Assembly (NCBI RefSeq): GCF_055900595.2
Contig: NZ_CM148325.1
Reading direction: 5' to 3' (one strand)
DNA length: 64,000 nucleotides
The position numbers and the translations under genes are program-made. Below the pieces are notes generated by a model that saw nothing but the letters and a program-made list of their open reading frames with translations, ran no database searches and had not been told where the DNA came from. Below, piece by piece: positions 24,158 through 34,162 of the stretch; the stretch's first letter is position 1, and every line of letters starts with the position of its first letter.

Positions 24158-24751
24158 TCACTCCTTGAGAAGAGTTTTTATCGCTTCCCCCGCCAGGGCA
24201 GCTGTTGCACAGAGTTGTTCGATGGAGTGCCCCTCTCGTGCCTTCGCAGAAAGCCCTGACATCACGGTACTCATAAAATCAGTCACACATTGTGCGCTTT
24301 GTGGATGCCGCCTGGCGATATAGTCATAAATGGTTGTTTCTGCGGCGTGATAACATTGAACGGCAATATCACGCGCTTGTGGATCATGACTATGAATACC
24401 TTCAAGAACCATACAGCCAGCGCAGCCGCCGTTTTGGCTATATCTGCGCGCCGCTTCTTTTAATACCTCAACCAGGCACTCGCCTACCGGACGATCATCA
24501 CGAAGAATATCGGCAAGCGGAATAGCTTCCGTACCGACATATTCATTGAGTACACGGCTAAATAACCCAGCCTTACTGCCAAAAGCCGCGTAGAGGCTCG
24601 GGGGGTTAATACCAAGATAATCAGTGATTTCAGCAACACTGACAGCATCGAAACTTTTTTGGTGAAAAAGCACTTTTGCCGCAGAGACTGCCTGCTCAGG
24701 AGCGAAACGTCTGGGACGACCAGGAACACGAGATTGTTTTTTAGTGACCAT
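24158..24751 (-). CDS. bdcR: TetR-family transcriptional regulator (197 aa)
   Basis: N-terminal TetR helix-turn-helix FAPEQAVSAAKVLFHQKSFDAVSVAEITDYLGINPPSLYAAF; divergent from bdcA. Confidence 0.85.
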   Translation of the reverse strand: MVTKKQSRVPGRPRRFAPEQAVSAAKVLFHQKSFDAVSVAEITDYLGINPPSLYAAFGSKAGLFSRVLNEYVGTEAIPLADILRDDRPVGECLVEVLKEAARRYSQNGGCAGCMVLEGIHSHDPQARDIAVQCYHAAETTIYDYIARRHPQSAQCVTDFMSTVMSGLSAKAREGHSIEQLCATAALAGEAIKTLLKE

Positions 24752-24821
24752 TACAAAACTTGTTGACAGAAAGTTAAAACAGTTTTGTAATGCATGTTAC
24801 ATAATAAATCAAGGAGTCCTT

Positions 24822-25535
24822 ATGGGCGCTTTTACAGGTAAGACAGTTCTCATCCTCGGTGGCAGTCGTGGAATCGGTGCTGCTATCGTACGTCGTTTCG
24901 TCACCGATGGGGCCAATGTACGATTCACCTATGCGGGGTCGAAAGATGCCGCTGAACGCCTGGCACAAGAGACGGGAGCGACAGCAGTATTCACAGATAG
25001 TGCTGACAGAGACGCTGTCATTGATGTCGTTCGTAAGAGCGGCGCATTGGATATCCTGGTGGTAAATGCAGGTATTGGCGTCTTTGGCGATTCCCTGGAA
25101 TTAAATGCCGACGATATTGATCGCCTTTTCAAAATCAATATTCATGCTCCTTACTATGCCTCTGTTGAAGCCGCCCGGCAGATGCCCGAAGGCGGGCGCA
25201 TCTTAATCATCGGCTCCGTGAATGGCGATCGTATGCCTGTTGCAGGCATGGCTGCTTATGCCGCCAGTAAATCTGCCCTGCAAGGTATGGCGCGCGGACT
25301 GGCCCGTGATTTTGGACCGCGTGGGATCACCATCAACGTCGTCCAGCCAGGGCCAATTGATACCGACGCGAATCCCGCCAACGGGACAATGCGCGATATG
25401 TTGCATGGTTTTATGGCTATCAAAAGACATGGGCAACCGGAAGAGGTCGCTGGTATGGTCGCATGGTTAGCAGGGCCAGAAGCCAGTTTTGTTACCGGTG
25501 CGATGCATACCATTGATGGCGCGTTTGGCGCATAA
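24822..25535 (+). CDS. bdcA: Short-chain dehydrogenase, biofilm dispersal mediator (237 aa)
   Basis: SDR motif LILGGSRGIGAAIV; start at MGAFTGK preceded by aggag; the ORF-track start at 24744 is an over-extension. Confidence 0.85.
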   Translation: MGAFTGKTVLILGGSRGIGAAIVRRFVTDGANVRFTYAGSKDAAERLAQETGATAVFTDSADRDAVIDVVRKSGALDILVVNAGIGVFGDSLELNADDIDRLFKINIHAPYYASVEAARQMPEGGRILIIGSVNGDRMPVAGMAAYAASKSALQGMARGLARDFGPRGITINVVQPGPIDTDANPANGTMRDMLHGFMAIKRHGQPEEVAGMVAWLAGPEASFVTGAMHTIDGAFGA

Positions 25536-25665
25536 CCGACTACGCTCAATTAAGCCCAGCCATTATCCATGATGTCTGGGTTTTGTTTACTCACATCGTC
25601 CCCTAAAAGCGGCTCCCGGTAAATATAAATCTTCTGTTCATGTCGTAAATCTTGAGGATAACCAA

Positions 25666-26061
25666 ATGGTAGAAAGAACCGCTGTTTTCCCTGCTGGCCG
25701 ACATTCACTGTATGCTGAACATCGTTATTCTGCGGCTATTCGTTCCGGCGATTTGCTGTTTGTTTCCGGGCAAGTAGGAAGTCGCGAGGACGGAACACCA
25801 GAACCCGATTTTCAGCAACAAGTCAGACTGGCATTTGATAATTTGCATGCGACCCTGGCAGCTGCGGGATGCACTTTTGACGATATCATTGATGTGACGA
25901 GCTTTCATACCGATCCTGAAAAACAATTTGAAGACATCATGACAGTCAAAAATGAAATATTTAGCGCCCCACCTTATCCAAACTGGACGGCGGTGGGTGT
26001 TACCTGGCTGGCAGGCTTTGATTTTGAAATTAAAGTGATAGCGCGCATCCCTGAGCTGTAA
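25666..26061 (+). CDS. yjgH: RidA/YjgF-family protein (131 aa)
   Basis: Translation MVERTAVFPAGRHSLYAEHRYSAAIRSGDLLFVSGQVG...; YjgF-like fold signature. Confidence 0.85.
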   Translation: MVERTAVFPAGRHSLYAEHRYSAAIRSGDLLFVSGQVGSREDGTPEPDFQQQVRLAFDNLHATLAAAGCTFDDIIDVTSFHTDPEKQFEDIMTVKNEIFSAPPYPNWTAVGVTWLAGFDFEIKVIARIPEL

Positions 26062-26341
26062 GCAATAGTGTTAGCCGTGAGTTTTCACACTCCGCCCTAT
26101 AAGTCGGATGAATGGAATAAAATGCATATCGGATTGGGTGAAAGTGAAAAAGAAAAAAGCAGGAAATGTCTGCAATTATTGATACCGAACGACCGTTCCC
26201 CTCCAGAACCATAGAAAATAAAAATGCACATACTTTGACTTTTAATTCAAATAAACCGTTTGCGCTGACAAAATATTGCATCAAATACTTGCACCGCTTC
26301 TGGCTATGAGTATAATGCCGGACAATTTGCCGGGAGGATGT

Positions 26342-26476
26342 ATGATTCAGTGTGTTCGACATTTTGTCTTACCGCGTCTGAAAAAAGACGCTGGTCTGCC
26401 GTTTTTCTTCCCGTTGATCACCCATTCCCAGCCCCTCAATCGAGGGGCTTTTTTTTGCCCAGGCGTCAGGAGATAA
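26342..26476 (+). CDS. pyrL: pyrBI operon leader peptide (44 aa)
   Basis: Translation MIQCVRHFVLPRLKKDAGLPFFFPLITHSQPLNRGAFFCPGVRR, ending 3 nt before the pyrB ATG. Confidence 0.8.
   Translation: MIQCVRHFVLPRLKKDAGLPFFFPLITHSQPLNRGAFFCPGVRR
26431..26456 (+). terminator. pyrBI attenuator terminator hairpin
   Basis: gcccctc-aatc-gaggggc followed by an 8-T run, inside the leader ORF. Confidence 0.8.
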
Positions 26477-26479
26477 AAG

Positions 26480-27415
26480 ATGGCTAATCCGCTATATCAG
26501 AAACATATCATTTCCATAAACGACCTTAGTCGCGATGACCTTAATCTGGTGCTGGCGACAGCGGCGAAACTGAAAGCAAACCCGCAACCAGAGCTGTTGA
26601 AGCACAAAGTCATTGCCAGCTGTTTCTTCGAAGCCTCTACCCGTACCCGCCTCTCTTTCGAAACGTCCATGCACCGCCTGGGTGCCAGCGTGGTGGGCTT
26701 CTCCGACAGCGCCAATACATCACTGGGTAAAAAGGGCGAAACGCTGGCCGATACCATTTCGGTTATCAGCACTTACGTCGATGCGATAGTGATGCGTCAT
26801 CCGCAGGAAGGTGCAGCGCGTCTGGCCACCGAGTTTTCCGGCAATGTACCGGTACTGAATGCCGGTGATGGCTCCAACCAACATCCGACACAAACCTTGC
26901 TGGACTTATTCACCATTCAGGAAACCCAGGGGCGTCTGGACAATCTCCACGTCGCAATGGTTGGTGACCTGAAATATGGCCGCACCGTTCACTCTCTGAC
27001 CCAGGCGTTAGCGAAGTTCGACGGCAACCGTTTTTACTTCATCGCGCCGGACGCGCTGGCAATGCCGCAATACATCCTGGATATGCTCGATGAAAAAGGG
27101 ATCGCCTGGAGTCTGCACAGCTCCATTGAAGAAGTGATGGCGGAAGTGGACATTCTGTATATGACTCGCGTGCAAAAAGAGCGTCTGGACCCGTCCGAAT
27201 ATGCCAACGTGAAAGCACAGTTTGTTCTTCGCGCCAGCGATCTCCACAACGCCAAAGCCAATATGAAAGTGCTGCATCCGCTACCGCGTGTTGATGAGAT
27301 TGCCACCGATGTTGATAAAACACCGCACGCCTGGTACTTCCAGCAAGCAGGCAACGGAATTTTCGCTCGCCAGGCGTTACTGGCACTGGTTCTGAATCGC
27401 GATCTGGTACTGTAA
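26480..27415 (+). CDS. pyrB: Aspartate carbamoyltransferase catalytic subunit (311 aa)
   Basis: Translation [35 protein letters not shown]... with the STRTR motif. Confidence 0.95.
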
Positions 27416-27427
27416 GGGGAAATAGAG

Positions 27428-27889
27428 ATGACACACGATAATAAATTGCAGGTTGAAGCTATTAAACGCGGCACGGTAATTGACCATATCCCCGCCCAGA
27501 TCGGTTTTAAGCTATTGAGTCTGTTCAAGCTTACCGAGACAGATCAGCGTATTACCATCGGCCTGAATCTGCCTTCTGGTGAGATGGGGCGTAAAGATCT
27601 GATCAAAATCGAAAATACCTTTTTGAGTGAAGATCAGGTAGACCAACTGGCTTTGTATGCACCACAAGCCACAGTAAATCGCATCGACAACTATGAAGTG
27701 GTGGGTAAATCGCGCCCCAGCCTGCCGGAGCGCATCGACAATGTGCTGGTCTGCCCGAACAGCAACTGTATCAGCCATGCCGAACCGGTTTCATCCAGCT
27801 TTGCCGTGCGAAAACGCGCCAATGACATCGCGCTCAAATGCAAATACTGTGAAAAAGAGTTTTCCCATAATGTGGTGCTGGCCAATTAA
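27428..27889 (+). CDS. pyrI: Aspartate carbamoyltransferase regulatory subunit (153 aa)
   Basis: Translation [26 protein letters not shown]...; C-terminal Zn-binding cysteines CPNSNC and CKYCEK. Confidence 0.95.
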
Positions 27890-27961
27890 TTGCGGTTGGT
27901 AATAAAAGTCTGGCTCCCTATAATGAGCCAGACTTTTTACCGCTGTAATAAAGGAGAAATC

Positions 27962-28348
27962 ATGAGCAAAACTATCGCGACGGAAAATGCACCGGCAGCT
28001 ATCGGTCCTTACGTACAGGGCGTTGATCTGGGCAATATGATCATCACCTCCGGTCAGATCCCAGTAAACCCGAAAACCGGCGAAGTACCGGCAGACGTCG
28101 CTGCACAGGCACGTCAGTCGCTGGATAACGTAAAAGCGATCGTCGAAGCCGCTGGCCTGAAAGTGGGCGATATCGTTAAAACCACCGTGTTTGTGAAAGA
28201 TCTGAACGACTTCGCAACCGTAAACGCTACCTACGAAGCGTTCTTCACCGAGCACAATGCCACCTTCCCGGCACGTTCTTGCGTTGAAGTTGCCCGTCTG
28301 CCGAAAGACGTGAAGATTGAGATCGAAGCGATCGCTGTTCGTCGCTAA
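27962..28348 (+). CDS. ridA: Enamine/imine deaminase RidA (128 aa)
   Basis: Translation MSKTIATENAPAAIGPYVQGVDLGNMIITSGQIPV...; the ORF-track start at 27890 is an over-extension. Confidence 0.9.
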   Translation: MSKTIATENAPAAIGPYVQGVDLGNMIITSGQIPVNPKTGEVPADVAAQARQSLDNVKAIVEAAGLKVGDIVKTTVFVKDLNDFATVNATYEAFFTEHNATFPARSCVEVARLPKDVKIEIEAIAVRR

Positions 28349-28406
28349 TCTTGATGGAAATCCGGGCTATCATGCCCGGATTAAGTCTGATGGCAAAAGC
28401 AAAATA

Positions 28407-28495
28407 GCCTGATGCGCTACGCTTATCAGGCCTACGTGATTCCTGCAATTTATTGAATTTGTAGGCCGGATTAGGCGTTTACGCCGCATCCGGCA
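28407..28495. repeat. BIME (inverted REP pair) between ridA and mgtA
   Basis: gcctgatgcgctacgcttatcaggcctac and gtaggccggattaggcgtttacgccgcatccggca. Confidence 0.7.
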
Positions 28496-28552
28496 TGATC
28501 AAAGCTCACTTTGTCTGTAATCGAATCCGGGCCACCATGCCCAGTTTATTCT

Positions 28553-31249
28553 TTACTGCCAGCCGTAACGACGGCTATAGAACCCTTTCACCAACTGGGT
28601 TAACGTCATATACCCTGCCAGAATCGCAACCAGCCACGGGAAATAGCTTAACGGCAGCGCCTGCAGTTGCAGATAACTGGCCAACGGCGAAAACGGCAAT
28701 GCGATCCCGACTATCATCACAATCACGGTCATGATCATTAACGGCCACGATGCACAGCTCTGAATAAACGGTACACGACGGGTACGGATCATATGTACAA
28801 TCAGCGTTTGCGACAGTAATCCCACCACAAACCAGCCCGACTGGAACAGCGTTTGCGTTTCCGGCGTGTTGGCATGGAATACCCACCACATCAGGCAAAA
28901 CGTCAGAATATCGAAGATCGAACTGATCGGTCCGAAGAAGATCATAAAGCGCCCCAAATCCGCCGGATTCCAACGCTGAGGCTTTTGAATTTGCTCGTCG
29001 TCGACGTTATCAAACGGGATCGCCACCTGTGACACATCGTACAGCAGGTTCTGGATCAGTAAGTGTAAAGGCAGCATCGGCAGGAAGGGCAAGAAAGCAC
29101 TCGCCACCAGCACGCTGAACACATTACCGAAGTTAGAACTCGCCGTCATTTTTATGTATTTCAGCATGTTGGCGAAAGTCCGGCGTCCTTCAATAACCCC
29201 CTCCTCCAGCACCATCAGGCTTTTTTCCAGCAGGATGATATCAGCCGCTTCACGGGCAATATCTACCGCACCGTCCACAGAAATGCCGATATCCGCAGCG
29301 CGTAAGGCGGGCGCATCATTAATACCATCGCCCATAAAGCCAACCACATGCCCTTCGCGCTTTAGCAAGGTCACGATGCGTTCTTTATGCATCGGCGTCA
29401 GGCGAGCAAACAGCGTGGTGCGCTGTGCAAGATTTGCCAGTTCGTCGTCAGATAGCGTTTCAATATCACTACCAATGACCACCTCTCCCGCGTCCAGTCC
29501 CACTTCATGGCACACTTTCGCCGCCACTAACTCGCTGTCGCCAGTAAGGATTTTCACGGTAATGCCACTCGCTTTTAATGCCTTCAGTGCCGGAGCTGTT
29601 GTCTCTTTCGGCGGATCAAGGAAAGCAATATATCCTTCGAGGATCAGGTCGGATTCATCCGCCCGCTGGTAATCCCCTTCACGTGCTGGCAGGTATTTCG
29701 TCGCCACCGCAACCACGCGCAGCCCCTGACGATTCAGCGTATCAGTAACGCGCTTAATCTTACGCAGTATGATGTCATCAAGCGGCACAATCTCACCATT
29801 GTGACGCACCTGCGAACACACATTGAGGATTTCCTGCAATGCGCCTTTGCAAACCAGTTGATGATGTTCGGTATTCTCTGCCACTACCACCGACATCCGG
29901 CGACGCTCGAAATCAAACGGAATCTCATCAATTTTTTGCCAACGACTGGCCAGCGAGCGCGCTGACTCTTCATCCGTACCTTCGAGCACCGCTGTATCAA
30001 GCAGGTTTTTAAGTCCGGTCTGATAATGACTGTTCAACCACGCGCTATGCAGCACGCGTTCGCTGGTTTTACCGGAGATATCGGTATGATTCTCCAGCAC
30101 AATTTTATCCTGCGTCAGGGTGCCGGTTTTATCAGTGCACAGAATATCCATAGCGCCAAAGTTCTGAATGGCATCCAGATGTTTGACGATCACTTTCTGT
30201 TTCGACAGCTTTACGGCACCACGCGCCAGCGTCGAAGTGACAATCATCGGCAACATTTCCGGCGTTAAGCCTACCGCGACCGAAAGCGCAAACAGTGCCG
30301 CTTCCCACCAGTCACCTTTGGTGTAACCGTTGATCAGCAACACCACCGGAGCCATCACCAGCATAAAGCGAATCAGCAGCATACTGACGCGGCTAATCCC
30401 CTGCTGAAAGGCATTCGGCTCGCTTTCCTGCTCACTAACACGCCCCGCCAGTTGACCAAACCAGGTGTTGGCTCCTGTAGCAATCACCATTGCTTGTGCC
30501 GTGCCGCTCACCACGGTGGTGCCCATAAAACACAGGGTGTCGCACTCCAGCGGATTGCTGTGCTCCGGCTGGCGAGTGGTTGCGGCTTTTTCTACGGGCA
30601 GAGACTCACCGGTTAACGACGCCTGAGCGACAAACAGATCCCGCGCCTGCAAGATACGTAAATCTGCCGGGATCATATCCCCCGCCGCCAGTTTTATAAT
30701 ATCGCCGGGCACCAGCTGGTCGATCGGGATCTCCAGCCAGCCATTTTCGCCTTTGTCGTTAATTACGCGCAGCACCGTCGCGGTATTGCTGACCATCGCT
30801 TTCAGGGCATCTGCCGCTTTAGTGGAACGTGCTTCCTGAATAAAGTTCAGCAACGTAGAAATAGCGACCATTAGCGCGATAACACCTGCGGCAAATAAAT
30901 CTTCCGTGGCGTAAGAAATAGCACCGAGAATGGTGAGCAAAATATTAAAGGGGTTGCGATAGCAGACCCATAAATGCACCCACCACGGCGACGGTTGTTG
31001 CGCGGGTAATTTATTTTCACCATGTTGTTCGCGGGCAGATTCCACTTCCGCCTGATTTAACCCTTCCGGATGGGTATTGAACGTTTTCCATAATTCCTGT
31101 TCTGGCATCACCGCCATTTTCAGGCAATGCGCACTTAAGGACGGCGGGACCGCCGTATTCACTGTCTGCTGCGCGCCAGGCAATGGATCGCGATGAACCA
31201 GACGGGAAGGTAAATGGCGAATGAGCCGGGTAAAAATTTCTTTAAACAT
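28553..31249 (-). CDS. mgtA: Mg2+-importing P-type ATPase (898 aa)
   Basis: P-type ATPase phosphorylation motif DKTGTLT and hinge motif GDGINDAPAL. Confidence 0.95.
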   Translation of the reverse strand: MFKEIFTRLIRHLPSRLVHRDPLPGAQQTVNTAVPPSLSAHCLKMAVMPEQELWKTFNTHPEGLNQAEVESAREQHGENKLPAQQPSPWWVHLWVCYRNPFNILLTILGAISYATEDLFAAGVIALMVAISTLLNFIQEARSTKAADALKAMVSNTATVLRVINDKGENGWLEIPIDQLVPGDIIKLAAGDMIPADLRILQARDLFVAQASLTGESLPVEKAATTRQPEHSNPLECDTLCFMGTTVVSGTAQAMVIATGANTWFGQLAGRVSEQESEPNAFQQGISRVSMLLIRFMLVMAPVVLLINGYTKGDWWEAALFALSVAVGLTPEMLPMIVTSTLARGAVKLSKQKVIVKHLDAIQNFGAMDILCTDKTGTLTQDKIVLENHTDISGKTSERVLHSAWLNSHYQTGLKNLLDTAVLEGTDEESARSLASRWQKIDEIPFDFERRRMSVVVAENTEHHQLVCKGALQEILNVCSQVRHNGEIVPLDDIILRKIKRVTDTLNRQGLRVVAVATKYLPAREGDYQRADESDLILEGYIAFLDPPKETTAPALKALKASGITVKILTGDSELVAAKVCHEVGLDAGEVVIGSDIETLSDDELANLAQRTTLFARLTPMHKERIVTLLKREGHVVGFMGDGINDAPALRAADIGISVDGAVDIAREAADIILLEKSLMVLEEGVIEGRRTFANMLKYIKMTASSNFGNVFSVLVASAFLPFLPMLPLHLLIQNLLYDVSQVAIPFDNVDDEQIQKPQRWNPADLGRFMIFFGPISSIFDILTFCLMWWVFHANTPETQTLFQSGWFVVGLLSQTLIVHMIRTRRVPFIQSCASWPLMIMTVIVMIVGIALPFSPLASYLQLQALPLSYFPWLVAILAGYMTLTQLVKGFYSRRYGWQ

Positions 31250-31389
31250 AAGGAGTCCCTCCGCACTGACTGAAACAGTGCAGAAATGTCTTCAGGCGTG
31301 GCGAAGCCTTACCTGAAGGTAATAAAGCTGAGCTGGGACGTTAAAACGTCACGGCCTTACGCATCCGGTAACGCCGTGAAAAGACGGGC
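31250..31389 (-). promoter_or_regulatory. mgtA 5' leader between mgtL and the mgtA start (Mg2+/proline-responsive attenuation region)
   Basis: 140-nt untranslated segment between the mgtL stop and the mgtA ATG; regulatory role taken from established mgtA biology, structure not evaluated here. Confidence 0.45.
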
Positions 31390-31443
31390 TTACCGGAAAA
31401 GTTTTAATCTCCGTCGAGGGAGAGGCGTGGGATCAGGTTCCAT
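31390..31443 (-). CDS. mgtL: mgtA leader peptide (17 aa, proline-rich)
   Basis: Minus-strand ATG at 31443 encodes [17 protein letters not shown] then stop; it is the C-terminal part of the 68-aa ORF-track entry 31390..31596. Confidence 0.75.
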
Positions 31444-31625
31444 ATAACCTCCGGTAAGTGAAAAAAGCGCCGCAAATAATAAGGAGAATCCAATAATATT
31501 CGTGGCATTTATGGCGATATAATACCTACTGGCAACTAAACCAACGATAAACCAGACTTTACCCATTGCTGAATGCACGGGTAAAGTTAGGCTCAAATAA
31601 TGAAACGCAATTACGGGACAACAGG

Positions 31626-32573
31626 ATGCAAAATCGGCTGACCATCAAAGACATCGCGCGCTTAAGCGGCGTGGGGAAATCTACGGTTTCCCGAGTGCTG
31701 AATAACGAAAGCGGCGTGAGTCAGCGCACGCGCGAGCGCGTGGAAGCAGTGATGAATCAGCATGGATTTTCCCCTTCCCGCTCCGCGCGCGCTATGCGTG
31801 GGCAAAGCGATAAAGTGGTCGCCATCATTGTTACCCGTCTGGATTCGTTGTCAGAAAATCTCGCCGTCCAAACCATGCTGCCAGCGTTCTATGAACAAGG
31901 TTACGACCCGATCATGATGGAAAGTCAGTTTTCTCCGCAATTAGTTGCCGAACATTTGGGGGTGCTGAAACGGCGTAATATCGACGGCGTAGTGCTGTTC
32001 GGTTTTACCGGCATAACCGAAGACATGTTAGCCCACTGGCAGTCATCGCTGGTTCTGCTGGCGCGTGACGCAAAAGGCTTTGCTTCGGTCTGTTATGACG
32101 ACGAAGGGGCAATCAAAATCCTGATGCAACGGCTGTATGACCAGGGGCATCGTAATATCAGTTATCTCGGCGTACCGCACAGTGACGTGACGACCGGTAA
32201 GCGACGTCACGAAGCCTACCTGGCGTTCTGCAAAGCGCATAAACTGCATCCCGTTGCCGCTCTGCCAGGCCTTGCGATGAAGCAAGGCTATGAGAACGTA
32301 GCAAAAGTGATTACGCCTGAAACTACCGCGTTACTGTGCGCAACCGACACGCTGGCACTTGGCGCAAGTAAATACCTGCAAGAGCAACGCATCGACACCT
32401 TGCAACTGGCGAGCGTCGGTAATACGCCGTTAATGAAATTCCTCCATCCGGAGATCGTCACCGTTGACCCAGGTTACGCCGAAGCTGGACGCCAGGCGGC
32501 CAGCCAGTTAATTGCGCAGGTAACCGGGCGCAGCGAACCGCAACAAATCATCATCCCTGCCACCCTATCCTGA
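31626..32573 (+). CDS. treR: Trehalose operon repressor, LacI family (315 aa)
   Basis: Translation MQNRLTIKDIARLSGVGKSTVSRVLNNE... with helix-turn-helix; the ORF-track start at 31566 is an over-extension. Confidence 0.9.
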   Translation: MQNRLTIKDIARLSGVGKSTVSRVLNNESGVSQRTRERVEAVMNQHGFSPSRSARAMRGQSDKVVAIIVTRLDSLSENLAVQTMLPAFYEQGYDPIMMESQFSPQLVAEHLGVLKRRNIDGVVLFGFTGITEDMLAHWQSSLVLLARDAKGFASVCYDDEGAIKILMQRLYDQGHRNISYLGVPHSDVTTGKRRHEAYLAFCKAHKLHPVAALPGLAMKQGYENVAKVITPETTALLCATDTLALGASKYLQEQRIDTLQLASVGNTPLMKFLHPEIVTVDPGYAEAGRQAASQLIAQVTGRSEPQQIIIPATLS

Positions 32574-32612
32574 TCGTTTCCTGAACGATAAATTGTGATC
32601 TTCGCTGCGTTT

Positions 32613-32626
32613 CGGGAACGTTCCCG
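32613..32626. promoter_or_regulatory. Putative TreR operator (perfect 14-bp palindrome) with adjacent CRP-like half-site
   Basis: cgggaacgttcccg is a perfect palindrome 66 bp upstream of treB; a TGTGA motif lies at 32594-32598. Confidence 0.5.
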
Positions 32627-32691
32627 TTTTTAAATTTTTCCGCGCACTATATTCTGCAGCCAACCAAAAATGTCATCTGCCATGGGGCTTT

Positions 32692-34113
32692 ATGATGAGC
32701 AAAATAAACCAAACGGATCTCGATCGGTTGATTGAACTGGTCGGCGGGCGCGGCAACATTGCGACGGTGAGCCACTGTATTACTCGCCTGCGCTTTGTCC
32801 TCAACCAACCGGCCAATGCCAGACCGAAAGAGATTGAGCAACTCCCCATGGTGAAAGGCTGTTTCACCAATGCCGGGCAATTTCAGGTGGTAATTGGCAC
32901 CAACGTGGGTGATTACTATCAAGCGCTGATAGCGACGACCGGACAGGCGCAGGTTGATAAAGAGCAGGTGAAAAAAGCTGCCCGGCAGAATATGAAATGG
33001 CATGAGCAGTTGATCTCTCATTTCGCGGAGATCTTCTTCCCGCTGCTGCCCGCGTTGATTAGTGGTGGTTTGATCCTCGGTTTTCGCAATGTGATCGGTG
33101 ATTTGCCCATGAGCAACGGTCAAACGCTGGCGCAAATGTACCCTTCCCTGCAAACGATCTACGATTTTCTATGGTTGATCGGTGAAGCGATCTTCTTCTA
33201 CCTGCCGGTCGGAATTTGCTGGTCAGCGGTGAAAAAAATGGGCGGCACGCCGATCCTCGGTATCGTGCTTGGCGTGACGCTGGTTTCCCCACAGTTGATG
33301 AACGCTTATCTGCTCGGGCAGCAGCTACCGGAAGTATGGAACTTTGGCATGTTCAGCATCGCCAAAGTGGGCTATCAGGCACAGGTTATTCCGGCACTGT
33401 TAGCCGGGCTGGCGCTGGGCGTGATAGAAACTCGCCTTAAGCGTATCGTGCCGGATTATCTCTATCTGGTGGTGGTGCCGGTCTGTTCGCTGATCCTCGC
33501 GGTGTTCCTCGCCCATGCGCTGATTGGTCCGTTTGGTCGCATGATTGGCGATGGCGTTGCCTTTGCGGTGCGTCACCTGATGACCGGCAGCTTTGCCCCC
33601 ATTGGTGCGGCATTGTTTGGCTTCCTTTACGCACCGCTGGTGATCACCGGCGTACACCAGACCACGCTTGCTATAGATTTGCAGATGATTCAAAGCATGG
33701 GTGGCACGCCAGTGTGGCCGCTTATTGCGCTGTCGAATATCGCTCAGGGCTCCGCCGTGATAGGCATTATCATTTCCAGCCGCAAGAGCAATGAACGCGA
33801 GATCTCCGTACCTGCCGCTATCTCCGCCTGGCTTGGGGTCACTGAGCCTGCAATGTACGGCATCAACCTGAAATATCGCTTCCCGATGCTGTGCGCGATG
33901 ATTGGTTCTGGTCTGGCAGGATTGCTATGTGGTCTGAACGGCGTTATGGCGAATGGCATCGGCGTAGGCGGCCTGCCGGGAATTCTCTCTATTCAACCGA
34001 GCTACTGGCAAGTGTTTGTGCTGGCAATGGCTATCGCCATCATCATCCCGATTGTACTCACTTCGTTTATCTACCAGCGGAAATACCGCCTGGGTACGCT
34101 GGACATTGTTTAA
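32692..34113 (+). CDS. treB: PTS trehalose-specific EIIBC component (473 aa)
   Basis: Translation MMSKINQTDLDRLIELVGGRGNIATVSHCITRLRF... with the EIIB cysteine motif. Confidence 0.9.
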   Translation: MMSKINQTDLDRLIELVGGRGNIATVSHCITRLRFVLNQPANARPKEIEQLPMVKGCFTNAGQFQVVIGTNVGDYYQALIATTGQAQVDKEQVKKAARQNMKWHEQLISHFAEIFFPLLPALISGGLILGFRNVIGDLPMSNGQTLAQMYPSLQTIYDFLWLIGEAIFFYLPVGICWSAVKKMGGTPILGIVLGVTLVSPQLMNAYLLGQQLPEVWNFGMFSIAKVGYQAQVIPALLAGLALGVIETRLKRIVPDYLYLVVVPVCSLILAVFLAHALIGPFGRMIGDGVAFAVRHLMTGSFAPIGAALFGFLYAPLVITGVHQTTLAIDLQMIQSMGGTPVWPLIALSNIAQGSAVIGIIISSRKSNEREISVPAAISAWLGVTEPAMYGINLKYRFPMLCAMIGSGLAGLLCGLNGVMANGIGVGGLPGILSIQPSYWQVFVLAMAIAIIIPIVLTSFIYQRKYRLGTLDIV

Positions 34114-34162
34114 TTTTCTTCGGGGCGCAATTGCGCCCCCTCGCATTTGCAGGAATAACGTA

